From: Octopus bimaculoides
Lineage: Eukaryota
Length of the DNA stretch: 64,000 bases
Reading direction: 5' to 3'
Assembly: GCF_001194135.2 (NCBI RefSeq)
Contig: NC_068990.1
Location: 37,280,771-37,344,770 of the forward strand
Within the stretch, counting starts at the first letter, position 1. Each line of letters starts with the position of its first letter. Below, in pieces: positions 14,240-26,682 of this stretch. The notes beneath the pieces are model-generated. The model was not told the origin of the DNA. It saw only the letters and a list, made by a program, of their open reading frames with translations, and did no database searches. Made by a program: the position numbers and the translations under genes.

Positions 14240-14710
14240 TCATCATCATCCTCATCATCATTTAACGACCGCTTTCCATGCTGGCATGGGTTGGATGGTT
14301 TGACTGAGGGCTGGCGAGCCAAAAGGCTACACCAGGCTCCAAACTGATCTGCCAATGTTTCTACTGCTGGATGCCCTTCCTGATGCCAACCACTCCAAGA
14401 GTGTAGTGGGTGCTTTTTACGTGCCACTGACACGAGGGCCAGTCAGACAATACTGGCATCAGCCTTGCTTGAATGGTGCTTTTTTATGTGCCACTGGCAT
14501 GGGAGCCAGTCAGGTGGCACTAGCAATGATCAAACTTGAATGGTGCTTTTTACGCACCACTTCACGATGACAACTTCACATGCCTCAACAGGTCTTTGCA
14601 AGCGTAGTTTATTGCCCAATGATTGAAAGGTACTTTTAAATGAGCTGGTTATGCTGCACTTGCATAGGCCATGGTTATGGTCTCTCTTGGCTTGCTGGGT
14701 TTTCTCTCTT
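14240..14710 (-). mobile_element. RTE-type LINE 3' end / (GAT)n-tailed repeat (family A)
   Basis: Contains the end-of-ORF EKTQQAK, the conserved 3' block aaagcacccactacact...ggaagggcatccagc...catgccagcatggaaagcggtcgttaaa, and a (GAT)n tail. Confidence 0.8.
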
Positions 14711-14787
14711 GTGTGTGTGTGTATTTTACACACACACGCATATACACAGTTTAATACCAATTTTTTATATTTTTACTTTGGACACGT

Positions 14788-14966
14788 AAAAACACCCACT
14801 ACACTCTCTGAGTGGTTGGCGTTAGGAAGGGCATCCAGCTGTAGAAACTCTGCCAAATTAGATTGGAGACTGGTGTTACCATCCGGTTTCACCAGTCCTC
14901 AGTCAAATCGTCCAACCCATGCTAGCATGGAAAGCGGACGTTAAACGATGATGATGATGATGATGT
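14788..14966 (+). mobile_element. Family A (GAT)n-tailed retroelement 3' end
   Basis: Same conserved block, ending gttaaacgatgatgatg. Confidence 0.85.
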
Positions 14967-15295
14967 CTCTTCTGTAATCATCTGCCCCTTTAGAGAAATT
15001 TTGCATCACTTTTTACGACATTGATCTAGTAACACTAGTCCCTAATATCAAAAATAATCTAAAATTCATTGGATATTGCAGTCCCTAATACACACAGGAG
15101 TTAATTTTTAATATATTCTCTGAAATACATGAAAGCGTTCATGCTTTACCAATAGCATTGTCTACTTGGAAAAATCCTGTAAATCCTTGATAGCATTTCA
15201 GATCTAGGAGTAAATCTCAATCAAAATCACAAACAACATATAGGATGTCTTGCATGAACAGGAACCATGACTATTCATAGCTGTCCAAGTATTAC

Positions 15296-15354
15296 TCCAA
15301 GTGCATTGGCTTCAATGTGTGCCTGGTCATACTCAGCAGTTAATAACTCAAGAA
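15296..15354 (-). CDS. Candidate exon LELLTAEYDQAHIEANALG
   Basis: Acceptor tatcatttcaaag, donor GGA|gtaata, protein-like text. Confidence 0.25.
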
Positions 15355-15559
15355 CTTTGAAATGATAATTATTTCATTTATACTATCCAGTGGTCAGATA
15401 GATGAAAGAAAATGAAGATTCGCTCAGCATTAAGTACTTCTCAGTTTGTGATTCATCCCTCTCTGTCACTCTACAACAATTTAGTACATCAATTAACTTT
15501 GCATCGTATTCTAAATGCTCCCTATTTGAGCAGATGTTTTATCAAAAAGCAGCAAGCTG

Positions 15560-15770
15560 GCAGAAACATTAGCACACCGGCCGAAATGCTTACCAGTATT
15601 TCGTCTGTCTTTATGTTCTGAGCTCAAAATCCGCTGAGGTTGACTTTGTCTTTCATCCTTTCGGAATCGATAAATTAAATACCAGTTGCATACTGGGTTC
15701 GATCTAATCAACTAGCCCCTTCTCTAAAAATCTTTGGGGCCTTATGCCTAGAGTAGAAAAGGATATATTA
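15560..15770 (-). mobile_element. Short interspersed repeat (family D)
   Basis: ...cccagtatgcaactggtatttaatttatcgattccgaaaggatgaaagacaaagtcaacctcagcggattttgagctcagaac. Related copies at about 650-830, 20820-21000, 21355-21490, 28230-28410, 29640-29790 and 37860-37950. Confidence 0.7.
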
Positions 15771-16403
15771 TCAAAAGCATTATGACCATCCCTTCATTTT
15801 CGTATCTACATTGCACTTACAATTACATCATCCAATGTGACTTTTTTTTTTTTAATATCATTAGACATGATTTGAGATATTGCAGTTATTTCTAGCAAGT
15901 CCATCAGTAGAGGCCTTTCTTATCGCTTCGAAAAACGACTAGTAGTATAGACTGGTGACATCAATTAATTACAACAAACAGCTACACAAAATTACTTGAC
16001 CACCGATAAGTTTGGCAATTAAATTATATTGTCTCTTAACTCATGGATGACCAGTAAATATATGTTTACATCTTTTTATGGTGTGTCACTGGTTTCAGAG
16101 ACAAATTGCAACCAATTATATCTAGACCAGTACTTGGGGAGTTATTTTAGTTTGCCTTCTTATAACAGATGAAAAGCAATGTTCACCTAGGCATAAAGGG
16201 ACAAAACATGAACTGAACTAAATGTGACAAGATATTTTGGTTCACCCATTAAACTTGCTAACACACACTCACACACACAGACATATAACATATATATAGC
16301 GATATGTATGTATATATGTATGCATATATATATATGTATGTGTGTACGGATGTATACACACACATATATAAATATGTGTGTGTTTGTGTGTGTGATGATG
16401 ATG

Positions 16404-16459
<56 letters not shown>

Positions 16460-16856
16460 ACAGAAAACTGAGTTTGTCTTTTTATTATAATATCAAAAAT
16501 TACGTAATCTTTACACATTTCATTTGCAAGTACTAGTATGTTATGCAGTAATCATTTTGTAGACAATTGCATAATCACCTTGAAATGCCACATCTTCAGA
16601 ATAGAATAGTTATTCAATCTGTTGCTCTTTACCATCCTCACTTGGTTAACGGTACTAAATAAGAACTGTTACATAATAGCAGTTCTTAATGTATATGATA
16701 CCAAAAGAAAGTTAGAAAACAAATTATGTTTTCTACTTGATTGCGATTTGAATGTGCAAGGATTTATAAGGAGTTCTATGCATTGGTTATGCTATCTCAT
16801 TCAAAACAACAATTCTTCAAAACACACACAAACTGTTTTGCTCTCTCTCCCTCTCC

Positions 16857-16897
<41 letters not shown>

Positions 16898-16902
16898 CAT
16901 AC

Positions 16903-16941
<39 letters not shown>

Positions 16942-17069
16942 ATTTTGCTCTTTTCTGGAGAACTGCGGCCATGCAGAGGCACTGCTGTTAGTTTTGCTAC
17001 ACTTTCATAACTTGAAACCCTCTTCTTTTACATGTGGTATTTGGTGAATGAGGGAATTTAATATTGCAT

Positions 17070-17435
17070 GTAAATAGCACCATTTGAGCATGACCGTTAC
17101 CAACGTCGCCTTCCTGGCACTTGTGCCAGTGGCCCATGAAAAGACATTCAAGTGAGTTCGTTGCCAGTCCCGCCGGACTGGCTCCTGTGCAGGTGGCACG
17201 TAAAATACACCATTTCGAGCGTGGCCATTGCCAGTACCTCCTGACTGGCCTTTGTGCCGGTTGCACGTAAAAGCACCCACTACACTCTTGGACTGGTTGG
17301 CATTAGGAAGGGCATCCAGCTGTAGAAACTCTGCCAAATCAGATTGGAGCCTGGTGTAGCCATCTGGTTCACCAGTCCTCATTCAAATCGTCCAACCCAT
17401 GCTAGCATGGAAAGCGGATGTTAAACGATGATGAT
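17070..17435 (+). mobile_element. Family A (GAT)n-tailed retroelement 3' end
   Basis: Closely matches 19960-20320 and 58410-58748. Has internal short tandem units (gtggcacgtaaaa). Confidence 0.88.
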
Positions 17436-18389
17436 ATACATCTATGTACATGTATGCATGTGCATGTATGACTGTGTGTGTATACACATGGATGTGCATG
17501 TGTGTGTATATGTTTGTATTTATTTCATCCTATTTGTTAGCTTGTGTTGGGTTCTTTACAATCCTGGAACATACCATTTCTACAAAAAGAGTCCAGCAGT
17601 ATGAGTATCAGACCTCATACAAGTTCTGAGGCTGATTTGACTGACAAAACCCTACAAGTCAGTTCCCCACCATGGCCAAAGCATGTGAAAACAGGGAAGG
17701 ATTATTATTATTATTGCAAAATATAACATTAATATAATTATGTAAAAAGACATATAAAAATTAAAATAATTATGTAATTATACAATATTAGACAAAGAAT
17801 TAATTAATTATGTATTGGATAAAAAAAAAAAAACTTATTTAGACCAAATGCAATGTAATTAAATAATTTTAGGTTAATTTATGCATGATTGGTTTCTGAT
17901 ATTCACATGGAATTCTAAAATGTGTTATGAGTGAATGATGTAGCATTCTATTATGATGTCCCAGTGGCAACAGCCATATTACTATTTCATATTATATTGA
18001 CTATAGCTAAAATTGAATTGACAATGAAGATGATTGAAATTATATATTATTATGTATTTAGTAGTGTGGTGTTCTGTATTACTTATTTGATCAAAATAAC
18101 CCATAAACAATATATACTTGCATACGCACATATGTACATACAGATTTGCACACACACACACACACATATAATTACACATGATAGTTATGAACAGCATGAA
18201 TGTGTACTCAACGTTGCATTGGGGATGAATACTTTATGAATTCGTGGATAGTCTTCATTACCTTAGTTTTCATGCTTTATAATTCACAATTTTCAAATGC
18301 TTCACTCATAAAATGATTGCATTTGACTGTATGAGACTTGATGATATTCTAAATGTTATTCAATGGTATAAATAAAATATAGAATACCC

Positions 18390-18640
18390 AGATATCATCG
18401 TCGTTGTCATCATCGTTGACACTGTCATTATAATATAACATCTGTTTCTTTTTTATGCTGGCGTAGATTGGCTGGTTTGATATGAGATTGCAAGTAACAA
18501 GCCTGTGCAAGGCTAAGCTGTCTGATTTGACATGGTTTCTACAATTGGATGCACTTCCTAACACTAATCATTTCACAGTGTACTGAATGCTTTTTTATAT
18601 AGCACTAGCAGTGGTGAGGTCACTAAATGACTTACAAGAA
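18390..18640 (-). mobile_element. Family A retroelement 3' end, old copy
   Basis: Degenerate ...catggtttctacaattggatgcacttcctaacact... Confidence 0.6.
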
Positions 18641-19601
18641 AAAGTCCCTCAAATGAGGAGGGAGCGAGTAGTATTGAGAAAGATGATATTGTGCCAGATG
18701 AAAGGGTAGAGTATTGTGCCGGATGAAAGGTTGGAGAGAAATAAGCACCTTCCAATAAAGGAGATACATGGCGATCTCAATGGGTTAGAGACAACAGAGA
18801 GATTAGTAGATCAGTTTTAGAATATATGTCCTCCCAAAACTCTTGTCCCCTCCTCCCAAATGGAACACTCCACCCACTTGAATCTGATATTTTGCTCTTT
18901 GCTGTGTCTTTGTGAATCCTGAACAGTCTACCACCTAGTCAGATATCTACAAATTCTTGGTCAAATGTCAGTGCTACATAATTATTGTGAAGCCATCTTA
19001 TAGTACTTCATTTTTAGCTTGCTAATCTTGTGTATCATATGAAAATGTTTTCTTACATGGCTATTCATATGTTTGTATCCACAGGATTAAAAGAAGAACC
19101 TGGGTATGCTTGGTCTGTTAGAAATAGCAGCCAAATTCCTTTAAATGACAGCTACCTATCATGGAAAGTAAAGATACATTGTATAATAAAATTATTAAGT
19201 ATAATAATTAAATAACATAAAAAGATGGACAGTTTTGATCATATATTTTTTTAATCATTGTTAACCTGAGGCTAGGAACAACAACACAAATATTAATTCT
19301 CTAGGAAAGCATGAATACCACTCAGTCTCATTTCTCTTTTATACTTAAAGCCTGGTTTAAATGAAAGTGCTCACATACTAGAAAAAAATTCTTCCCCAAA
19401 AAGGATAATAACATCCTGATAAAAGATATCATGACAATTTTAAAAAACAATTCTTTTAATCACTTTTACATTTCAAAACTGTATTAAGTAATTTTCATAG
19501 ACTTTCAAATATATATATATATATATACACACACATATATACATACAAATATGTATACACACACATACACATACACACACACACACATATATACATACAT
19601 G

Positions 19602-19665
<64 letters not shown>

Positions 19666-19959
19666 TATATACATACTGTCATACATATATATATACACAC
19701 ATGCACACACTCACACACACATATATATACATACCTACATACAGCGTGGCCCAAAAGTAGGTTTACAGTTATCACATAGGCACTTTAATTTTCCTTTAAA
19801 ACATTTTATTACATTTAACTTACTATTTTACAATTAACTAAATTAGCATAGAATAATGGTTTCATTATTTTTTAATAATTAGAGTCTAGACTGTTAATAT
19901 ATGAATGCGGAAGAGATAGTTGAATAACTGTAAACCTACTTTTGAGCCACCTTGTATAT

Positions 19960-20320
19960 GTATGTATGTACGTACGTATGCCTTACTGGTACTTGTGCCG
20001 GTGGCATTTGAAAAGACATTCGAGCGAGGTTGTTATCAGTGCCACTGGATTGGCTCCTGTGCAGGTGGCACGTGAAAAACACCATTTGAGCATGACCATC
20101 GCCAGTACTGCCAGAATGGCCCTCGTGCCGGTGGCACATAAAAAGCACCCACTACACTCTCGGAGTGGTTGGCGTTAGGAAGGTATCCAGCTGTAGAAAC
20201 TTTGCCAGATCAGATTGGAGCCTGATACAACCATCTGGTTCGCCAGTCCTCAGTCAAATCGTCCAACCCATACTAGCATGGAAGACGGACGTTAAACGAT
20301 GATGATGAAGATGATGATGT
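19960..20320 (+). mobile_element. Family A (GAT)n-tailed retroelement 3' end
   Basis: Same block and tail as the other copies. Confidence 0.88.
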
Positions 20321-21031
20321 ATATGAAACATTTTCTATGACTGCTTGAACTCATATCCTTTGTATTTGCCTAGTCTATCATAACACAGTTAAGTGAACTA
20401 CTTCCTTTAACCAGATAATTAATCATATCCTAATGTAAATTATGTGTCTACTATGATGCAAATTAAGGGAGCACTAAGCTGTATTTAATAATGAAATATT
20501 AATAGTTGGAACATAATTAAATACCAACAAATTTAAATCCGAGTTAATAAGGTATTCAAAGTAAAATGTAAATTTTAGGGGAAAAACTGTGAAAGATTAA
20601 TTCAAACAAATTCAGCACAATAACAGCTTTAGCACCACCACCACCATCATCACTGTCACCACATTCACCGCCACCACCAACAGCAGCTGCAGTAGAACAG
20701 ATAACCACAAGCAAGAATGACTAGATAAATATAATTACAATAATATTATAATCATGTTAAAAATAATGAATGATGATGATGATGATGATAGTGATAACGA
20801 TGGCATCTAATTTAGACTCAAAACCAGCAATTTGGTAGGAGACAAGGTTAGTTGATATCAGCAACTCCAGATCTCAACAGGAACTCTATTTTATCAACTC
20901 TGGAGGGTGGAAATGCAATATTGACTTCAGCAGGATTTGAACTCAGAATGTAAAGAACCAGAATATATAACACAAAGCACTTTTATTGATGCTCTAATTG
21001 ATTTTGCCTGATTGCTGCTATAATAATAATA

Positions 21032-21298
21032 ATTCAAAAGATAGTGCTCATGGGAACTGTCCATATTCTACGCAAAATACTTTCTATGTAATCTCAAATT
21101 TTAAAACAAACAATTTTCTTATGGTTTCAAACATTCCCTAGAACAACACTATGTACAAAACCAAATATATTGCACCCTAGGCATAAAACCAACATGAACT
21201 TCTAACTTGTTTTTTGAGGTCTCTGGGTGAGACTTGGAGCCAACTTGTACAAATGTAAAGCAAAAGTCAAACATAAAATAATAATAATAATAATAATC

Positions 21299-21342
<44 letters not shown>
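21032..21342 (+). mobile_element. RLE-type (R4/NeSL/CRE-like) non-LTR retrotransposon 3' end with (TAA)n tail
   Basis: 21032-21091 encodes IQKIVLMGTVHILRKILSM*, the QK.VL.GT..ILRK.L terminus typical of restriction-like-endonuclease LINEs. A 3' UTR and an (AAT)n tail follow. Confidence 0.75.
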
Positions 21343-21516
21343 CTTTCCTAGTAAATATACAAGGCCAGAAATTTGGGGAGAGAGGGTGAGTCAGTTATAC
21401 CAAACCCAAAAGATTAAAAGGCAAATTTAACCACAGCAGAATTTAAAATCAGAGCATAGTGGCAGATGGAAAACTGCTAAGCATTCCACCAGGCTTCTGC
21501 CAGATTGTCTTGGTGT

Positions 21517-21995
21517 AAAAGATGGACTACAGCAAATATTCTGCTCAGTACCACAGATTTGCTTGTCAGATGCTTGACCTTAACCAAGTGAGCACATCCC
21601 TTAGTGGCTGATGATATGATATGTGCATCTCTGATCATGAGCAGGTGCAGAGCTTCATGGCCTTTTGTTGAGAGAAAATTTTGGGGGTTTGAATTAGTTA
21701 CCTCTAGGTGCATAGATGTTTTGTTCATCCTCCTTAAACAACCCTTGTTCAAGGACCTTTCGGTGGGATGGGATACTCAACCCAAAGGAAATTGCAACTG
21801 AGCCCCACATGCCCTGTTATCTTGGTATGAGATCACCATGTCACGCACATATGGTTGTGATACATGTGTCTGGTGTACCCTTGTCAGACGGGTAGTCATG
21901 ATGGGTATATTGGGCTTTGCATATTTTACTCCGGTGTCACTTTGATGACATGCGCTGTTCTAGCACTCAATAACAATAATAATAATAATAATGAC
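21517..21995 (+). mobile_element. Interspersed repeat with (AAT)n tail (LINE 3' UTR or SINE)
   Basis: GC-richer block ending ...cactcaataacaataataataat. Resembles an abundant octopus repeat from recall, not verified. Confidence 0.55.
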
Positions 21996-22236
21996 TTTAC
22001 ACATAACTCTAGGGTAGGGTAGATGTGATAAAAAATAAAGGGGATAATAACAAGAAATAATAAGCAACATTGCTAAAGTACCTATATTGGTATTTTTATT
22101 CCTTCGTATTACAGTCCAGGTAAAAATGCACTGGAGTCTTTAGACATCTGTCAAGTCACAAGGACCTCAGATTATTATTATTTTTATTTTTATTATATTT
22201 TAAAAAGGATTGACGTAACTCTTCACAAAGGTAAAC

Positions 22237-22335
22237 AGTCAAGACGAAGAGCGCGATTCGATTGTAGGATATTTTATTAGTTGAAGTTCAACTAATAAAA
22301 TAACTCACAATCGAATCATGCTCTTCGTCTTGACT
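22237..22335. repeat. 99-nt near-perfect palindrome (49-nt arms, 1-nt centre)
   Basis: agtcaagacgaagagc...ttagttgaa-g-ttcaactaa...gctcttcgtcttgact with about 5 mismatches. Confidence 0.9.
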
Positions 22336-22754
22336 ATTATTATTATTATTACTATCAGTATTATTATTACCATTATTATTATTATTGTTGTTGTTGTTGT
22401 TGTCTGCAATTCAGTGATGAATGCATTATCACTGCTATTATAAATGCAACAACAGCTGCTAACTTCACCACCACTAAAATTACATTCCAGCAAATATTTC
22501 AAAATTTAAAATAAAAGTAAAGAAACATCTTTCCTTTAATGATGATGATGATGATGTTGATGACCATGATAATTGCAATAGCAATGATGATTATGATTAA
22601 CAATGATAGCAACATATATTTGACATCTCCCCGCTCACTTCTTTTAATTCTAATTTTGTATTATATATTAATCACTCGTGTTTGTTTTTCTGAATTTTTT
22701 CCTAAATGCTAGACAAATTTTGATCATTTGTTATTTCATATTTTTTTTTTTTAC

Positions 22755-22861
22755 CATTGTCTGAATTTTTCCATCATTTCATTTAAGGGTGGGACGACAG
22801 ACAGTATCATTGGAGAATCAGACAAATATTTAACTTCAATTCCTGCTATGGACAACTTTGC
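22755..22861 (-). CDS. Candidate internal coding exon AKLSIAGIEVKYLSDSPMILSVVPPLNEMMEKFRQ(W); product unknown
   Basis: Acceptor tttattgactacag, donor ATG|gtaaaa, and only one of three frames is open. No homology recognised. Confidence 0.33.
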
Positions 22862-24517
22862 CTGTAGTCAATAAAATACAACACCACTCAAGGACTGGTT
22901 TTGATATATCTTTATATTTGAAGCCCTGAGACTTTGTTAGAAACATTATTGTAATTATAATTAAATTTGGTAATTTCACAGATGAAAGGCATTATTGTCT
23001 TCAGTCTCTTTACATTTCGGCATCAATACCCTTTGAGGTCAAATTTGTTTCTGCATTCTTATGGAAGCTGATAAGAGTAATCAAATTCTAAGCTTTGATA
23101 TAAATTATGGTACCTTTCTTTCTTCCACAATTTATAACATTATGTCTGCATTAGAACGAATGACTTTCTTGTTGAAGGGACAAGTTCTGTTGAATAAGTG
23201 GCCCATATTCTACTAAAATCTATTTGAGGAGATCAGGAGATTTTGTGGCTGATGATATGCAGGCATCCACTGAAGCTGAGGAGAAGTTCTTGGAGAGTTT
23301 CTTGGATGACAAAGATGCACCATGTCGTTTTTATTTCTTTGCTTTTTTTGGCTGAGTTGCGTTCTTGGTCAAGTGCAAACTAAGTTTGGGCATTTGGAAC
23401 TCGCTACATTCAATCAGGGAGAAAACGTGACTTATGAAACTTCAACAATTGTCTTTGAATTTAGCCCTAGACCAATTAAAATCTTCTGAATGTATCTGAT
23501 AGTTCAAAACAAGAAAAAGCCTATTCTATATATGCTTGTGTGTGTGTGTGTGTTCACGCATGCAGACCCATACGTGTGTATGGGTCTGCATGCATGCATT
23601 AGTCTGCATGTGTGTATTAGTGTCCCCTTGCCTAGAGATTGTGTACTAATCATAGAAACAATAGAAATAATGTCATTTGTTTGCAATCTTCTATAAAAAC
23701 CTGTCATGCCATTGAACTGTTCCTACTCAAAGAACTAAGGGAAATATTACCTTGCTTGGAAGCAGGTGAATGTTGAGGATTGAGAGAGCATTCAGCTGTA
23801 GAAAATCAGCCTTAAATGAATTTTGTCTAGTCTACACAAGCATGGAAAAGTCGATGTTAAAATAGGGATAATGATGATGATGACAATGGTGATGATGATG
23901 ATGACATCAACGATGATGACAACAACAATGAAGGTGGTGGCAGCAGTAAGTAGCAGACATGACGGTGATGGCGGTGGTGATGACGACGACGACGACGACG
24001 ATAATGATGTTAATCTCACTTTTATTCATGAATCCCCTGACTAATTCTGTTTGTTGTTTCCTTTCGTATTTCAACTTTGTACTGTCCCCACTCTCTTGGA
24101 CCCTCGTGCCCAATGACAGAAAACCTTATTACTATTATTATTATTGTCATGATTAATAAAGTAAAGATTATCATTGCCATTGTTGTTGATGATGATGATG
24201 CTTATGACATTGTTGTTGTTTATGTTACTTTATATTTAGGCTTCTCATTCAATATTCTACTCAACTAATTCACTTCAGTACTGTCATCTGTTTGAAATAA
24301 AGAAATAGGGGTCTGTCTGCATTGATTCATAAGTGGAATATGCATGAGAGCAAATATATGCTGTGCTTTAAATAATAAAAATAAAATCCTAATAAATACA
24401 GTGCAGTGATTTATAGCATTACTTTACATGGCAAAACAGATAGAATATAAAGTGCACTGTTTAAATATTTAACATCTGGAAAATATTAAAATAACAGCAA
24501 AAAAAAAATTATACTCT

Positions 24518-24729
24518 CTTTTACTTGTTTCAATCATTTGACTGTGGCCATGCTGGAGCACCACCTTCAGTCGAGCAAATCGACCCCAGGACTTATTCTT
24601 TGGAAGCCTAGTATTTATTCTATCGGTCTCTTTTTGCTGAACCGCTAAGTTACGGGGACGTAAACACAACAGCATCGGTTGTCAAGCGATGGTGGGGGGA
24701 CAAACACAGACACACAAACACACATACAA

Positions 24730-24762
<33 letters not shown>

Positions 24763-24925
24763 TACGACTGGCTTCTTTCAGTTTCCGTCTACCAAATCCA
24801 CCCACAAGGCTTTGGTCGGCCCGAGGCTATAGTAGAAGACACTTGCCCAAGATGTCACGCAGTTGGGCTGAACCCGAAACCATGTGGTTGGTAAGCAAGC
24901 TACTTACCACACAGCCGCTCCTATG
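24518..24925 (-). mobile_element. tRNA-derived SINE with internal (TA)/(CA) microsatellite (family B)
   Basis: Pol III-like head gctgtgtggtaag...gggttcag, body cttgggcaagtgtcttctactatagcc, a central microsatellite, and tail ...gctccagcatggccacagtcaaatgattgaaacaagtaaaa. More than 8 partial copies in the window. Confidence 0.85.
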
Positions 24926-25543
24926 TCTAGATGATACATATGTATAAACAACAAGCAGGTATATTAGTTTAATGTTTGGGAAGGTGAGAGAGTCTTTTAT
25001 GTTTTGAGCCTATGCTCTTCAACAGAAAGGAACACATGGAAATAAACAGAGGGAATAAAAAAAAACTTGTGGAGCTCTACTCAATATTTAAACACACTAA
25101 TTGACATATACTTTTTGTCCAAATTATTTACTATTATTATTATTATTATAAACACACATGCATATATATCATTGATACTATGCAAAAGTGTCATAAGTCC
25201 AAAATGTTGCCTTTTCAGAAAATGAAAAAATAGTTTCCCCATTGCATTTCTTTTTACATTAGCAACAGTTTCAGTTTAGCAATAATACTTTGTTGGGTGC
25301 ATAAAATCATAACTCCATGCATGTATGATATTTTCAGTCAGAAATATTTTTGAAAAACTGCTGTATTTGGGGCTTACTACACTTTTGGAAAATGCTAATT
25401 CGTTGCACTACACTTTGACAATTTTCATCTGAAGTAGCTGGATATACAATAATTTGACCAAAAGAACCGGCTATTGCAATCAAAATTAAATATTGCAAAA
25501 GAACACATTTGGTCAAATTTGGATGTATAACATAATAGCAACG

Positions 25544-25576
<33 letters not shown>

Positions 25577-25974
25577 ACTTGGGGGAGGTAAAAGGAGTAG
25601 GGGACGACTGATTGTGCAGAAAAAGGTGGAGAGACCACCAGAATAGTAATGATGATACAGTTGAGAGATGATGTGGCTGGGGAAGTTGCAGGAATGTAGA
25701 GGGAAGAGAGGAACAAGCATTGTGCATGAGCAGAGTAAGAGATATGTGATGATGGAGAAGGGGAGGTAATTTGGTAGCTTAGTTGAGGTGGGCACAATCA
25801 GTATTACTGGATGAGAAATGGGTAACAAGTGAAACGGTTTTGGGTAGCAAGAAAAATTAATGGCATCCAGGAAGAGCTGCAGTTAGAGGTGATGTATGAT
25901 GGGAGTATTTTGTGGAGAAAAGTGGCCAGTGTGTCCAATTGTGCATACATATACACAAACAGCACACCCAGAAC

Positions 25975-26125
25975 TCAGTTTCACTGAGATGCGTAGGATT
26001 TCTCAAGAACCACATACTACAAGTTATCCTGGTCCATTGTCACCTCTTCCATATGGCTCAAGGTTCTGAAATCAAACTTCACTTATTCATCCCATGTCTT
26101 CTTAGGTCTCCTGCTTCTGTAAGCC
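25975..26125 (-). mobile_element. RTE-clade LINE C-terminal fragment
   Basis: Minus strand reads GRPKKTWDE*VKFDFRTLSHMEEVTMDQDNL*YVVLEKS, similar to the RTE terminal GRPRKTW...D...DR..WR..V motif. Confidence 0.7.
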
Positions 26126-26633
26126 CCATCCACATTAAATGATTGAGAATTCTTTATATGGCTACATCTTTGCTAATTTACCTTAAGAACTTCTCGGTTC
26201 TAGGTTTTGTTTCCATACCTAGAATTTCATCTCTAATTTCTCGACAGATTAAGTTACATGAAGCAGAACATCAGTATTTAGGAGGCTCTATAGGAACGTC
26301 CCTCATAACACCCTCTGTGGTAGCCTGGAGCTATCACACAATTTCCATTTACTAAATTCAGCTTGGAGGGTATTTGTCAGCATGAGTTTACAGAAGAATG
26401 ACTCTTCACCGAAATGTTACACAGAAGGATCGAACTCAGAAACGGAAGGCTGCAAAGGAAACGTTTTAATTGCACAGCCATGGCTTTTTAAACAATAACC
26501 TGTATGCTTCAATGTATCAAAGATGACTTTGTCACTGAATTCACTTGATAATTTGATATACATTAAGAAAGAAGAAGCACTGGCAGGAAAATATATATAT
26601 GTATATATGTGAATAAACATACACACACATATA

Positions 26634-26682
<49 letters not shown>

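Noticed and set aside
19084-19166. Plus-strand exon GLKEEPGYAWSVRNSSQIPLNDSYLSWK
   Set aside because: Its 3' half (tagaaatagcagccaaa...) resembles a dispersed repeat also seen inverted near 15880, so the open frame is probably incidental.
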